A DNA stretch of 64,000 nt, from positions 43,026 to 107,025 of IMG/VR virus record IMGVR_UViG_2923519811_000002. The stretch is one strand, 5' to 3'. How positions within the stretch are numbered: position 1 is the stretch's first letter; the number at the start of each line of letters is the position of its first letter. The stretch is from a virus. Its lineage: Duplodnaviria > Caudoviricetes. The position numbers and the translations under genes were made by a program. This document shows positions 48,237-57,176 of the stretch, one piece after another. Under the pieces are notes generated by a model that worked only from the letters and a program-made list of their open reading frames with translations, was not told the origin of the DNA and ran no database searches.

Positions 48237-49376
48237 TTATTCACTTTCCAAAGAATGCCTTAGCTGTCGCATGAATTCATGTACGTGAGCTTCAACCTCT
48301 TCCCTGAATGTATCCGAATAGGTGATCCGCACATTGCCCTCATGCACACTGGCACAGAAGGCTTTGCACAAAAAACCTATATGCTTGTCGTACTTCCTAA
48401 TGAATGGAGTCGTAAAGACTCCGGACGGCGTATTAACCCTGATCAGATAACAGAGAAACTCCCCCAAAAAATTGATGTCATCACAACATTCTTCTACATA
48501 GGTATCACGATAGCGAGTGACCGGAGCAATGGTGAATGTCCGATCATTTCGAGCCACATAATCCTCTTCATCCTCGTCGCAGTGGATTTCCAAACTTCGG
48601 ATTTTTAGGTCATCGCCCTCATAGGTGGACTTGAGCAGGAACTGAGGGAAGTCGATTTGAAGTATGCCTTTGGAGTCGAGCTTTGCCTCCGCAAAGGCGT
48701 AAACCACATCTGAAATCTTGTGAAACTGGCCTCCGTGATATGCTACTACCTCGAACCCGCCTCCAAACAGATTTGCAATAGTCTCGGACTCGAACTTGTT
48801 TTCAAATTCGTCAACTAGGTGATTTGCGAACTGATGAAGGGCCATACAGGTGCCATGCACCACGATGTCCTCCTCAGGGACATCAAATGCAGCCAGAAGG
48901 TAACTTTCATGGTGCTCAATGGCATGAGCTGCTCCCGATCCACCGACGTACAGCTCGAAATGCTCGTTGGAACATCCAAAATCCGCACAGTAACTTGTGA
49001 TCTGGATTTCATCGTCCTCAACACTCAGTGCGATAGCTTTAAGATTTGCTTTTTTGAGCCGCTCGTCAGCAACGAGGGCGTTCAGAAAACGCTTACCTGT
49101 CAGCTCAGAGTCTTCCGCTAAGAGCTTATCAAGCTGTCGTATCGCGTCCTGAATATCAGGAACGTCGCCGGCAAAAGCGACAGCGAAGTGATCGTTCACC
49201 ACCAAAATTTTTTGGCAAAGCCCGACTACGGTGTGAGCTGCTAGGGTAGAGCCTTCAGTGTCGGACTGAAACGACGGGATCTGAGAGGGGCTCATCCAAG
49301 TATTGGGGCTGGTGAGCAGAATGTCAGCTTGAAGGAAGCCACCTCTCTTCAAGTGATAGCCTGTAATCATGGTCAT
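48237..49376 (-). CDS. Proteasome-beta-like Ntn-hydrolase protein
   Basis: AAGGA RBS then M-T; Asp at mature position 17, QKI, AFAGD, GGSG, FGGG; about 379 aa, low GC. Confidence 0.72.
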   Translation of the reverse strand: MTMITGYHLKRGGFLQADILLTSPNTWMSPSQIPSFQSDTEGSTLAAHTVVGLCQKILVVNDHFAVAFAGDVPDIQDAIRQLDKLLAEDSELTGKRFLNALVADERLKKANLKAIALSVEDDEIQITSYCADFGCSNEHFELYVGGSGAAHAIEHHESYLLAAFDVPEEDIVVHGTCMALHQFANHLVDEFENKFESETIANLFGGGFEVVAYHGGQFHKISDVVYAFAEAKLDSKGILQIDFPQFLLKSTYEGDDLKIRSLEIHCDEDEEDYVARNDRTFTIAPVTRYRDTYVEECCDDINFLGEFLCYLIRVNTPSGVFTTPFIRKYDKHIGFLCKAFCASVHEGNVRITYSDTFREEVEAHVHEFMRQLRHSLESE

Positions 49377-49547
49377 GTGCAATTCCTTTGGCGTTAGAGC
49401 TACAGCGAGGTACATGGCTGCGCGCCTGAACTGTAACTCACTCCTGACGCTGAGTGTTCCGTCCTCGACAAATACCTAGGTACTCAACGTCGGCGGAAGA
49501 TCATCTGCTTTATCGAAAAATCTCGTGGGTAGTGTCCAAGCTTTGCA

Positions 49548-49776
49548 CATCGTGTTCGCCTCACTCCACCTGAAAGACAGCCAGTGCACCAAAAACCAGC
49601 CCGAGGGCAGCCGGTTTGCCCCCCTCGGCTACGAGCGCCTGGCCATCGCCATTCCGGATGCGGATAAGGGCTACCTGTTCAAGACCCTCAAGTGCCCGAA
49701 CGGCGACGCGGACAAGGCGCCGGAGACGAAGCTGCAGGTCTCCGTGCCTTTGGAGTTCGATCAGCAAGAGATCTAG
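49548..49776 (+). pseudogene. 3' fragment of the membrane protein gene at 21177-22145
   Basis: Collinear and roughly 90% identical by eye to 21917-22145. Confidence 0.92.
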
Positions 49777-49802
49777 GGCTGACTACATTCGCCCTGGACC
49801 AA

Positions 49803-49943
49803 AGCGGCGTGATCGCCTGCTACCGGGACAAGAAGACGGGGAAGGAGGCCAGCGTCACCGCTGGCGACCAGAGCAAGCCGAAGCGCCTGCGGCACCTGTA
49901 TGCGAGCAAGGCGAATGCGAAGCGGGCGGTGGAGAGGGAGTGG
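49803..49943 (+). repeat. Direct repeat of the gpD 3' end
   Basis: 141 bp matching 48028-48168 with 3 mismatches. Confidence 0.95.
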
Positions 49944-50021
49944 GGAAAACTGAAGCAAGCGTTATCAACTTCAGCCTAAGCACTTGTAAGATGATGCGAA
50001 TATCACCCAAGGAGCGGCGTC

Positions 50022-50696
50022 ATGAGCGAAGTAGCAGCACAGCTAACAAGTGGAGACACAAATCAAATAATCACCATCGCAATTACGGCAGCAATTGCAA
50101 TAGTTTCACAATACATCATTACCAAGACAACAAAAAAAGCAGAATACGAATCCATCAAAGAAAACTTCAAGCACACACTAGAACAACACGAACAGCTTAC
50201 AGAAAAGAGCGGAAAGATAAACCATCATTTCAACCGCGAAGCTCTTGCCTACCAAATTAAGCTGAGCCACTATGAGTCAAAATCAACCGAAGCCATTGTT
50301 GCCTGCTACGAAAAATTAGTATCTCTTCAACAAGTAATGATGGACTTTCTTGCGTCCGACAATAGAGAGAGTGAAATCGAGGGCGTAATTGACAGCCTAA
50401 CGGAATATAGAAATTTAGTAATAGCCAAGAAAATATGGATTCCACCACAAACACTGGATCTTTTTGTTGGGATACAGAAAGAGCTTCAATATGAAGTAAC
50501 TCGCTACATTAAGGCACTTAGAAGCCTGCAAAAAACCGCTCAGAAAGATGACAAAGAGCTGGATATAATTTACCAAGCTCAAGGAAATTTTTATGATTAC
50601 ATTGTTCAGTTATCTAATCGTCTTTCTGATTTTGGCGATCACCTTGCGGAAGTTATCCGAAAAACAGTCCACTCACACTCTAGTTCACCTCTCTAA
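50022..50696 (+). CDS. N-terminally anchored helical/coiled-coil protein
   Basis: IITIAITAAIAIVS TM segment; AAGGAG RBS; low GC. Confidence 0.8.
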   Translation: MSEVAAQLTSGDTNQIITIAITAAIAIVSQYIITKTTKKAEYESIKENFKHTLEQHEQLTEKSGKINHHFNREALAYQIKLSHYESKSTEAIVACYEKLVSLQQVMMDFLASDNRESEIEGVIDSLTEYRNLVIAKKIWIPPQTLDLFVGIQKELQYEVTRYIKALRSLQKTAQKDDKELDIIYQAQGNFYDYIVQLSNRLSDFGDHLAEVIRKTVHSHSSSPL

Positions 50697-51942
50697 TCTC
50701 CCCCCACCGACTCACATACCCCGGCGATTTGAGCGCCTGTTTCATCGCCCACCCCGCCTCGTAGGGCACCGCTGCTAGCCGCACGGTGCCGCGCCCCATG
50801 CGCTGGTTGATCCGGTCCAGCGTTGCCATCAGCTCCGCGCTGCGCGGCCGGGGGCTGGGGGCGAACAGGTCGGCCTGGATCTGCCCGGGCCGCACGAAGT
50901 CCATCAGCAGCACCCCCGCCTTCTGGTACCGGTAGCCGGGCTGGTAGATCGCCTCCAGCCCGGCCAGGGCGGCGCGCACCAAGTCGCGGGTGTCGTGGGT
51001 GGGGTACGGCAGCGGCACGCTGGCGGTGCGTGCGTACTGGCGTTCGGTGGGGTTGAACACGCCGGTGCGGATGTACACCTGCAGGCGCTGGCAGTAGTCG
51101 CCCTGGCTGCGCAGCTTCTCGCCGGCGCGGCTGGCGTAGGTGGCCACCGCCTCGCGCAGCGGCACCAGGGCGGTGAGGCGTTCGGAGAACGAACGGCTGC
51201 AAGCGATCATCTGTTTCGGCTCGGGGCCGTCGTCCAGGGCGTAGCAGGCCTCCCCGCGCAGCTCGCGGATGGTTTTCTCCACCACCGCGCTGAACAGCTT
51301 GCGCATCGTCGTGGCGTCCTGCTGGGCCAGGTCCCAGGCGGTGCGGATGCCCATGGCCTCGAAGTGCCCGAGCAACTTGCGCCCCACCCCCCACACCTCG
51401 CTCACCGGCGCATCGCGCAGCAGGGCCTCGCGCTGTTCCGGCCGGGTGGCCACCACCACGCCGCTGCGCGACCGCCTCTTCGCGGCCCAGTTGGCCAACT
51501 TGGCGAGAGTCTTGGTGGTGGAGATGCCGATGCCCACAGGCATGCCCACCAGGCGCGCCATCTCGGCCTTGATGTGGCGGCCGTAGGCGGCCAGGGGCTG
51601 GTTGAGGCCGGTGAGGTCCAGGAAGGCCTCATCGATGCTGTACACCTCCACGCGCGGCGCCAGGCCGCGCAGCACGTGCACCACCCGCGCGGAGATGTTG
51701 CCGTACAGGGCGTAGTTGGAGCTGAACACCTCAATGCCGTGCAGGGCGATGCGCTCGCGCAGCTTGAAGTAAGGCTCGCCCATGGCGATGCCCAGCGCCT
51801 TGGCCTCGTTGCTGCGGCTGATCACGCAGCCGTCGTTGTTGGACAGCACCACCACCGGCAGGCCGCGCAGATCGGGGCGGAACAGCCGCTCGCAACTGAC
51901 GTAGAAGTTGTTGCAGTCCACCAGGGCGAAGACGCGGGGCAT
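50680..51942 (-). CDS. umuC: Y-family DNA polymerase V catalytic subunit (UmuC/RulB-like)
   Basis: LVDCNNFYVSCE, LSNNDGC, YSIDE. Confidence 0.95.
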   Translation of the reverse strand: MPRVFALVDCNNFYVSCERLFRPDLRGLPVVVLSNNDGCVISRSNEAKALGIAMGEPYFKLRERIALHGIEVFSSNYALYGNISARVVHVLRGLAPRVEVYSIDEAFLDLTGLNQPLAAYGRHIKAEMARLVGMPVGIGISTTKTLAKLANWAAKRRSRSGVVVATRPEQREALLRDAPVSEVWGVGRKLLGHFEAMGIRTAWDLAQQDATTMRKLFSAVVEKTIRELRGEACYALDDGPEPKQMIACSRSFSERLTALVPLREAVATYASRAGEKLRSQGDYCQRLQVYIRTGVFNPTERQYARTASVPLPYPTHDTRDLVRAALAGLEAIYQPGYRYQKAGVLLMDFVRPGQIQADLFAPSPRPRSAELMATLDRINQRMGRGTVRLAAVPYEAGWAMKQALKSPGYVSRWGEIREVN

Positions 51943-51943
51943 G

Positions 51944-52375
51944 TCAGGCGCTGGCGAGGGCGTGGATGTTGTGGGTGACCACGCCGAACACCTCCAGCTC
52001 GTCCTCGGCGGCGAGGCGGATGTCCGGGTAGGCGGGGTTGGCCGAGCGCAGCACGGGCAGGCCGTTCTCCAGCTCCAGGCGCTTGCAGGTGAAGTCGCCG
52101 CGCACGATGGCCACCACCACCTGGCCCGGGCGCGGGGTGAGGGAGCGGTCCACCACCAGGGTATCGCCCCGGTAGATGCCGGCGCCGGTCATGCTGTCGC
52201 CGCCTACGCGCAGGTAGAACGTCGCCGCGGGGTGACGCACGAACAGATCGAGCACGTCCAGCTCGGCCTCGATGTGGTCATCCGCCGGCGAGGGGAAGCC
52301 GGCTGACACCAGGCAGGAGAACAGGGGCAAGCGCACGTGGCCGCTTTTGTAGCGGCCAAGCAAGGTCAGGGGCAT
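51944..52375 (-). CDS. umuD: UmuD/RulA-like S24 autopeptidase
   Basis: AGFPSPA, GDSM, CKRL. Confidence 0.95.
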   Translation of the reverse strand: MPLTLLGRYKSGHVRLPLFSCLVSAGFPSPADDHIEAELDVLDLFVRHPAATFYLRVGGDSMTGAGIYRGDTLVVDRSLTPRPGQVVVAIVRGDFTCKRLELENGLPVLRSANPAYPDIRLAAEDELEVFGVVTHNIHALASA

Positions 52376-52393
52376 GGGGGCATTCCGATAATA

Positions 52394-52409
52394 CTGGATA
52401 GATATACAG
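52394..52409. promoter_or_regulatory. LexA (SOS) box upstream of umuDC
   Basis: CTGGATAGATATACAG (CTG-N10-CAG). Confidence 0.88.
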
Positions 52410-52534
52410 ATAGCAGGCTGTAGGAAAGCTCGCAACTTGACCAGACAAACGCCACCTTCGCCGACCACGGCGTTGCCTGGCACCCTCCTCCGCACTAGCC
52501 TCCCAGCCCTCTACCCCGCACAGGAAAGGACTCC

Positions 52535-53017
52535 ATGCACGCCCTGCGTACCGCCTGCCTCGCCCTTGCCGCCGCCCTGGCGGCTACCTACGCCACCCTC
52601 GCCCTCACCGAGCGCCCCGCTCGCACGCAGCCGATCACCCGGCCGCCGCTGCAGTTCCAGGAGCAGGACGGCGAGCTGAGGGTGTGGGGCGCCTGGGAGC
52701 TGGTGAAGGGCGACAGCCCCTACGACGTGCGCGCGGTGGAGATCCGCTGCTACAAGGCCCAGGGCCAGTGCATCAGCGCCACCGCCCTGGTGCTGAACCA
52801 CAACGAAGGCCAGGACGTGGAAGCCCAGGCCCACCTGTTCACCATCAGCAAATGGACGGCCCAGCGCCTGGAGGCCAAGGCCGGGCCCGGGAAGGAGGAC
52901 TGCAGCGAATGGACCCTCGCCCTGTACCCGGCCGACCGCAGCGGGAAGCTGAACTGGAAGGGGTCGGCCGGGTGCGAGGTGGATGCCGGGGAGGCGGTGT
53001 TGGTGGGGGATGACTAG
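52535..53017 (+). CDS. Exported/anchored beta-rich protein with Cys pairs
   Basis: Signal-like N-terminus; AAGGA RBS. Confidence 0.75.
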   Translation: MHALRTACLALAAALAATYATLALTERPARTQPITRPPLQFQEQDGELRVWGAWELVKGDSPYDVRAVEIRCYKAQGQCISATALVLNHNEGQDVEAQAHLFTISKWTAQRLEAKAGPGKEDCSEWTLALYPADRSGKLNWKGSAGCEVDAGEAVLVGDD

Positions 53018-54066
53018 CCCGGACCGCCGGCCTTCCCAGCCCGGCCCGCGAAGATTTTCTGGATAGGCTCAAGTCCATCGAACGTCGAAGGCAGTTTGTC
53101 GTCTTGCATCACCAAACCACTGAAAATCAGTGTTTCGAATTTTTCGAGAGCGTTGGGATTACCGTCCTTCATGTCTTTGGAACACTTCGAATACTTCTGG
53201 ATGAACCGGCATAGCGTGCGTCTAAGGTCAATCTGTAACAGCTGGGCCTTAGTGGAGTTAACGCTATGCAACATGATCCGGAAGAAGTAAATCAGGACCA
53301 ACTCAAGGGCGCCCAAGGTAACCAGAAGCGTAATATTCTGCTCACTGAGCATGTCAATTGCCCCGTTGGTTTTTTCACCGCCGAGTACGACAAGCGTGTA
53401 GATCAGTTTGATGACGAGTGGCGCGACAACGCAACAGCCAAGGGTAATAAGCCAAGCCTTCTGCCAGCAGAGCTCTCTTCTTTTTTGGACCCAAAGACTG
53501 TGAAAGCCTTTATAAAGCCCGACAAAATTAAAAGCGATCTCTTGTTTATCCAACTGCTTACTCAGCTCCAAAGTGCGCGCTTCTGCACCCTCGATCTCCT
53601 TGAGTCGCGCATCAACCTTATCAATTCCTGCAATATACCGACTTAGACAGTCAAAATCACTCGAAGCTTTTATACCATTAAGAACATTGGATACGAGCAC
53701 CATCTCCGCTTGCAGCAAAATCTTTACGTAACCTGCAGGCAAACTTTCTCTCATCTCAACAAAACGACTATCAAATAAGCCTGTTTCTTCATTTTCAAAT
53801 TCAAAGCTAGAAACCAAAAGATACACACAACAGTAAAGCTGTGCTGCATCTTCATCTTTGACACTCTCGCCATTATTCAAAATACTCAAAATCCTTCTCA
53901 ACTCATACAACCAGTGATTAGAAAAGGACTTTGGAAAACTGGATGAAGGAAAACGAGAAACCAGCCTTTTAAGTAAAATTAATGCTCCACCCAAAAGTCC
54001 ATCACTAGGTATTGTTTTGGCAGCCCAATCTCCAGACAGATCGAATAAATTTTCATCTGAGCTCAT
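53014..54066 (-). CDS. Coiled-coil plus 2-TM membrane protein
   Basis: FNFVGLYKGF, two hydrophobic helices, PSTFDG tail; low GC. Confidence 0.8.
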   Translation of the reverse strand: MSSDENLFDLSGDWAAKTIPSDGLLGGALILLKRLVSRFPSSSFPKSFSNHWLYELRRILSILNNGESVKDEDAAQLYCCVYLLVSSFEFENEETGLFDSRFVEMRESLPAGYVKILLQAEMVLVSNVLNGIKASSDFDCLSRYIAGIDKVDARLKEIEGAEARTLELSKQLDKQEIAFNFVGLYKGFHSLWVQKRRELCWQKAWLITLGCCVVAPLVIKLIYTLVVLGGEKTNGAIDMLSEQNITLLVTLGALELVLIYFFRIMLHSVNSTKAQLLQIDLRRTLCRFIQKYSKCSKDMKDGNPNALEKFETLIFSGLVMQDDKLPSTFDGLEPIQKIFAGRAGKAGGPG

Positions 54067-54276
54067 TCTCATCCCTTCTCAGTTGCAGTGAAGTAAAAAT
54101 CCCTTGCGAGAAGACTGCGCCTCGCAGAACTGGACCCGCGCGTAAAGGCAAAGAAGGAATGCGGTCCACCATCCTTGGCCAATACCCACCGGCAAGATAT
54201 TGCCATCAATTCGCCATCCTCTCCAAGGACACAAACGCCGACTTGTAGCCGGCGTCTGTAGAGGGTTTCAGGCGGC

Positions 54277-54498
54277 TCAGCGGCGGGGATCATCCCTGCA
54301 CAGCCACTCCTCCCGGATGATGCTGACATCAGCAGGTGCGCGGATGCCGAGGCGGGTGGTGCGGGAGGTGGTGCTGTGCACCTCGATCACGATGCCTTCG
54401 CTCTGCAGCTGCGCCACGATGGTGGCCGGGTCGGCGTCGGGGTGAACGTGGAGGTAGAGGCGCTGGCCTTCGCCGCGCGTGACGATCAGGTGGGGCAT
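54277..54498 (-). CDS. CsrA-family regulator of RsmN/RsmF type
   Basis: LIVTRGEGQ...inserted helix...RLGIRAPADVSIIREE. Confidence 0.85.
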   Translation of the reverse strand: MPHLIVTRGEGQRLYLHVHPDADPATIVAQLQSEGIVIEVHSTTSRTTRLGIRAPADVSIIREEWLCRDDPRR

Positions 54499-54656
54499 GG
54501 GGTGTCTCCTTCCTTGGCGGCCTCGATCTAAGGCCCACGGCCCATCCTAACTGCCTTGTCGCGTCCTACAGGGCGGCTCGGCTTGCGCCGGAAAAGGCCC
54601 TTGCCAAACAAGTGCCATGACGGAGGATGAAGCTCATCGCCATGGCACAGCGCCGA

Positions 54657-55223
54657 CTATTCATGCAGCTTATAGCCTAGGTAATAAAGTCCCCAAAAAG
54701 TCGCCAGTATCATTTGGTGTAACAACAGGAAGTAAACGAAGACGGAGAGCCACCCCACATAAAAGCCCACTTCGATCGTACCAATGCTCAGCGAAACGAT
54801 GCTTGTGCCATATCCAACTGAAAATATTGAAATCATGATGAGCACGATGCTCTCAGCCGTAAGGAACGAAAAAAGCATCGCAAGAAATCGGCGGCGCGTT
54901 AGCGATATGAGATTCTCTGTATCTCTAAATCTAACTTTTATCCTTGGAGTAGGCTCAGGTAAGACACTGTCAATATCAGACTTCCCGAAAGTAGCGATAG
55001 CGGCCAAAGCCGCAATATAAAAACCGGGAAGCGACTGAACAAAACCCAACACAAGAGAAATAACACCACCACCCTTTACAACATCATTCAAATTTCCCAA
55101 GCACGCCAGCAAGGCAACTGTTAAGAGCGCTAATACAACAGGGTAGAGCCAATCAATTCGCCATTTATATGGGTGCCTGATAGCAAGATACCCAAAGGGG
55201 CGCAATAACTGCTCTAGTAGCAT
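54657..55223 (-). CDS. 4-TM membrane protein (putative defence effector)
   Basis: Four hydrophobic helices, LPGFYIAALAAIATF, LTRRRFL; 3 nt from the upstream gene. Confidence 0.85.
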   Translation of the reverse strand: MLLEQLLRPFGYLAIRHPYKWRIDWLYPVVLALLTVALLACLGNLNDVVKGGGVISLVLGFVQSLPGFYIAALAAIATFGKSDIDSVLPEPTPRIKVRFRDTENLISLTRRRFLAMLFSFLTAESIVLIMISIFSVGYGTSIVSLSIGTIEVGFYVGWLSVFVYFLLLHQMILATFWGLYYLGYKLHE

Positions 55224-55226
55224 GTT

Positions 55227-56216
55227 CTACTCCATAAGCTCTAGCATTTCCTTGATAATACCATTGTTAATTTGATTAAGACTCGCAACATTGACCAATG
55301 GCGCCTGAATTATGTGACGCTTGATGTATTTATTTATATCCACAAGATTACCAGTATCGGTATCAATAGTAGCGTCTCGTGGTTCACCTTTTTCATTTTT
55401 GAAGCGAATACGCATCTGAGCATACTCACGTTGCTCCGCAGCTTTATTCCGGACCTGACGAACCATAGCGGCAAGGCTTCCTGCAAGAGAGCGCTGAGGC
55501 CTCAATTTTACGAATTTAGCATCCTCAAATACGGCCCCCCTGTCATCCCAGACAGCTCCGCGCTCGGTGAAGTCTAGTAGTTCAATACCTGTCAGCACGC
55601 CTGTCTCAAGCTCTTCTTGAAACTCCGACGAGGGATGACCAAGCAACTCTACAGTGTGGATATGCCGCACCATCAAGGGGTTCCCATCGGCATCGCGGGC
55701 ACCATTAATGTTGGGAATTAAAAACCGCTCTGGGAAATGTTTTCGGCAATATGCAAAAATAAATCTCATGTAGTCTTTTATGCTGCTCGCATGGAGACCA
55801 GAGCCAAACACCGTTTCAACCACGCACAGATAATAGTTATCCCCTCTGGTCGGTTGAAGCGGGATAATCACGTGCGCTGAGTAGTCACCGCCATGTCCCG
55901 GCGGCTTGGTGTGGACAACTCGGCTTTTATTCTCCGGATCGGAGGAAACAGCGTCAGGTGCGTTCGGATCACATCGATTGATAAGAAAGATCAGGCGATC
56001 ATTTCTTAATTCAAGATCAGAAATGTAATACCTTGCCGATTTCTCGCTTCGCCCCTTCTTAAGAATCGGATCACCGCCCTTAAATAGTTGATCAATGAGC
56101 GCATACATCTCCCTCAATGATAGCGGATCAGTCTCGAAATTTGCTTCATTCTCACTGGCTTGGGAAACGCCCCTAGCGGTGATCTTCAAATCATAGAAAG
56201 TTGCAGTACGATGCAC
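55227..56216 (-). CDS. 329-aa soluble protein (putative defence sensor)
   Basis: Low-GC ORF with GAGGTG RBS, coupled to the 4-TM gene. Confidence 0.85.
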   Translation of the reverse strand: MHRTATFYDLKITARGVSQASENEANFETDPLSLREMYALIDQLFKGGDPILKKGRSEKSARYYISDLELRNDRLIFLINRCDPNAPDAVSSDPENKSRVVHTKPPGHGGDYSAHVIIPLQPTRGDNYYLCVVETVFGSGLHASSIKDYMRFIFAYCRKHFPERFLIPNINGARDADGNPLMVRHIHTVELLGHPSSEFQEELETGVLTGIELLDFTERGAVWDDRGAVFEDAKFVKLRPQRSLAGSLAAMVRQVRNKAAEQREYAQMRIRFKNEKGEPRDATIDTDTGNLVDINKYIKRHIIQAPLVNVASLNQINNGIIKEMLELME

Positions 56217-56224
56217 TTATCACC

Positions 56225-56632
56225 TCAACTATCAACTACTGTGAAAACATGTTGCTTCATATAGTTCAACGCCTTCGCTTGCCTAATAGTGGGCGTCAAC
56301 AGGTTGGTAACCGCTGTCACAACTCGAAACCCATACCCCATAGCCATAACCGCCAGATACGCACAATCCGCCGCTTTGAAGCCGGGAAAGAATCGGAGGC
56401 CGGGTGTCGAGTTGCGCTTTGAGGGCCGGCCCGGGGCCGGTGGGGCTTGGTCCAAAAGCAGGTGATCGTAGCCTTCGAGATAGGCCTGGATTCGATCCTT
56501 GCGGAAGGTACGGGGCGGGCTGTCGGTTACCGTTCGCCCCTGGATATAGCGAGTGTTCTCAAACCGGCGAATCAACATCCAATCGCGTGATTCACCTTTG
56601 GCGTCTTGGTAGACGAAACGCAGGGGAAGCAT
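56225..56632 (-). CDS. WYL-like domain plus truncated BRCT-like domain protein (possible pseudogene)
   Basis: FVYQDAKG...RTFRKDRI; F.GFKAAD...G.RVV..VT, then the pattern is lost. Confidence 0.6.
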   Translation of the reverse strand: MLPLRFVYQDAKGESRDWMLIRRFENTRYIQGRTVTDSPPRTFRKDRIQAYLEGYDHLLLDQAPPAPGRPSKRNSTPGLRFFPGFKAADCAYLAVMAMGYGFRVVTAVTNLLTPTIRQAKALNYMKQHVFTVVDS

Positions 56633-56670
56633 GAAAACCGTCCTTGGTTGCTGTTCCTAGTAGGAACAGA

Positions 56671-57087
56671 CTATGCCAGCCTTTTGCCAGCTACGACAAC
56701 GGCCTCAAGCTCCGCAACGCGTTGTTCGAGCGTGTTCAGGCGCTTCTTCTCTTCGGCATGACGCTGAATGTCTCGCTGGGCTTCTTCGTCCAGTTCACGC
56801 CACAAAGCCAACATTGCTCGCTCTCTTGGGCTATCAGCAGGTTCAGCGGGGGTATTACCGCCGTTCTCACGGTACATGCTCCCCTCCCCCGTCAGCAGCC
56901 AATCAAGGCTGACGCCTCGCTCCAGCGCCACATCTACACAAATTGTGTAAGGCACCGAGTCTCGGCTACGCCAGTTCCCCAGGGTTGATCGGTTGACCTG
57001 GAGGGCATCGCCCAGCTGATTGTCGTTTTTAACGCCAAAGACCTCATGCAGACGGTCCATGACGCTCGCCGCGCTTGTATTTCCCAA
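56671..57087 (-). CDS. CI-like prophage repressor
   Basis: HTH QLGDALQVNRSTLGNWRSR, VSLDWLLTGEG; probable TTG start after GGAGAG. Confidence 0.9.
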   Translation of the reverse strand: MGNTSAASVMDRLHEVFGVKNDNQLGDALQVNRSTLGNWRSRDSVPYTICVDVALERGVSLDWLLTGEGSMYRENGGNTPAEPADSPRERAMLALWRELDEEAQRDIQRHAEEKKRLNTLEQRVAELEAVVVAGKRLA

Positions 57088-57132
57088 AATTGGAAACTCT
57101 CCGTTGACATGCCCCAATTTGGGACATAGGCT
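57078..57132. promoter_or_regulatory. Lysis/lysogeny switch: lytic promoter and operators
   Basis: TTGACA-N17-TAGGCT (57104-57132); imperfect palindromes TTTCCCAAAATTGGAAA and ATGCCCCAATTTGGGACAT. Confidence 0.75.
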
Positions 57133-57176
57133 TACACGTATTGAGAACATCTTATCCAAGCGAGTGCTGTCAGACC

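Noticed and set aside
48028-49943. Diversity-generating retroelement (TR/VR pair) from the gpD repeat
   Set aside because: No reverse transcriptase in the window, and only three mismatches, one of them not at an adenine
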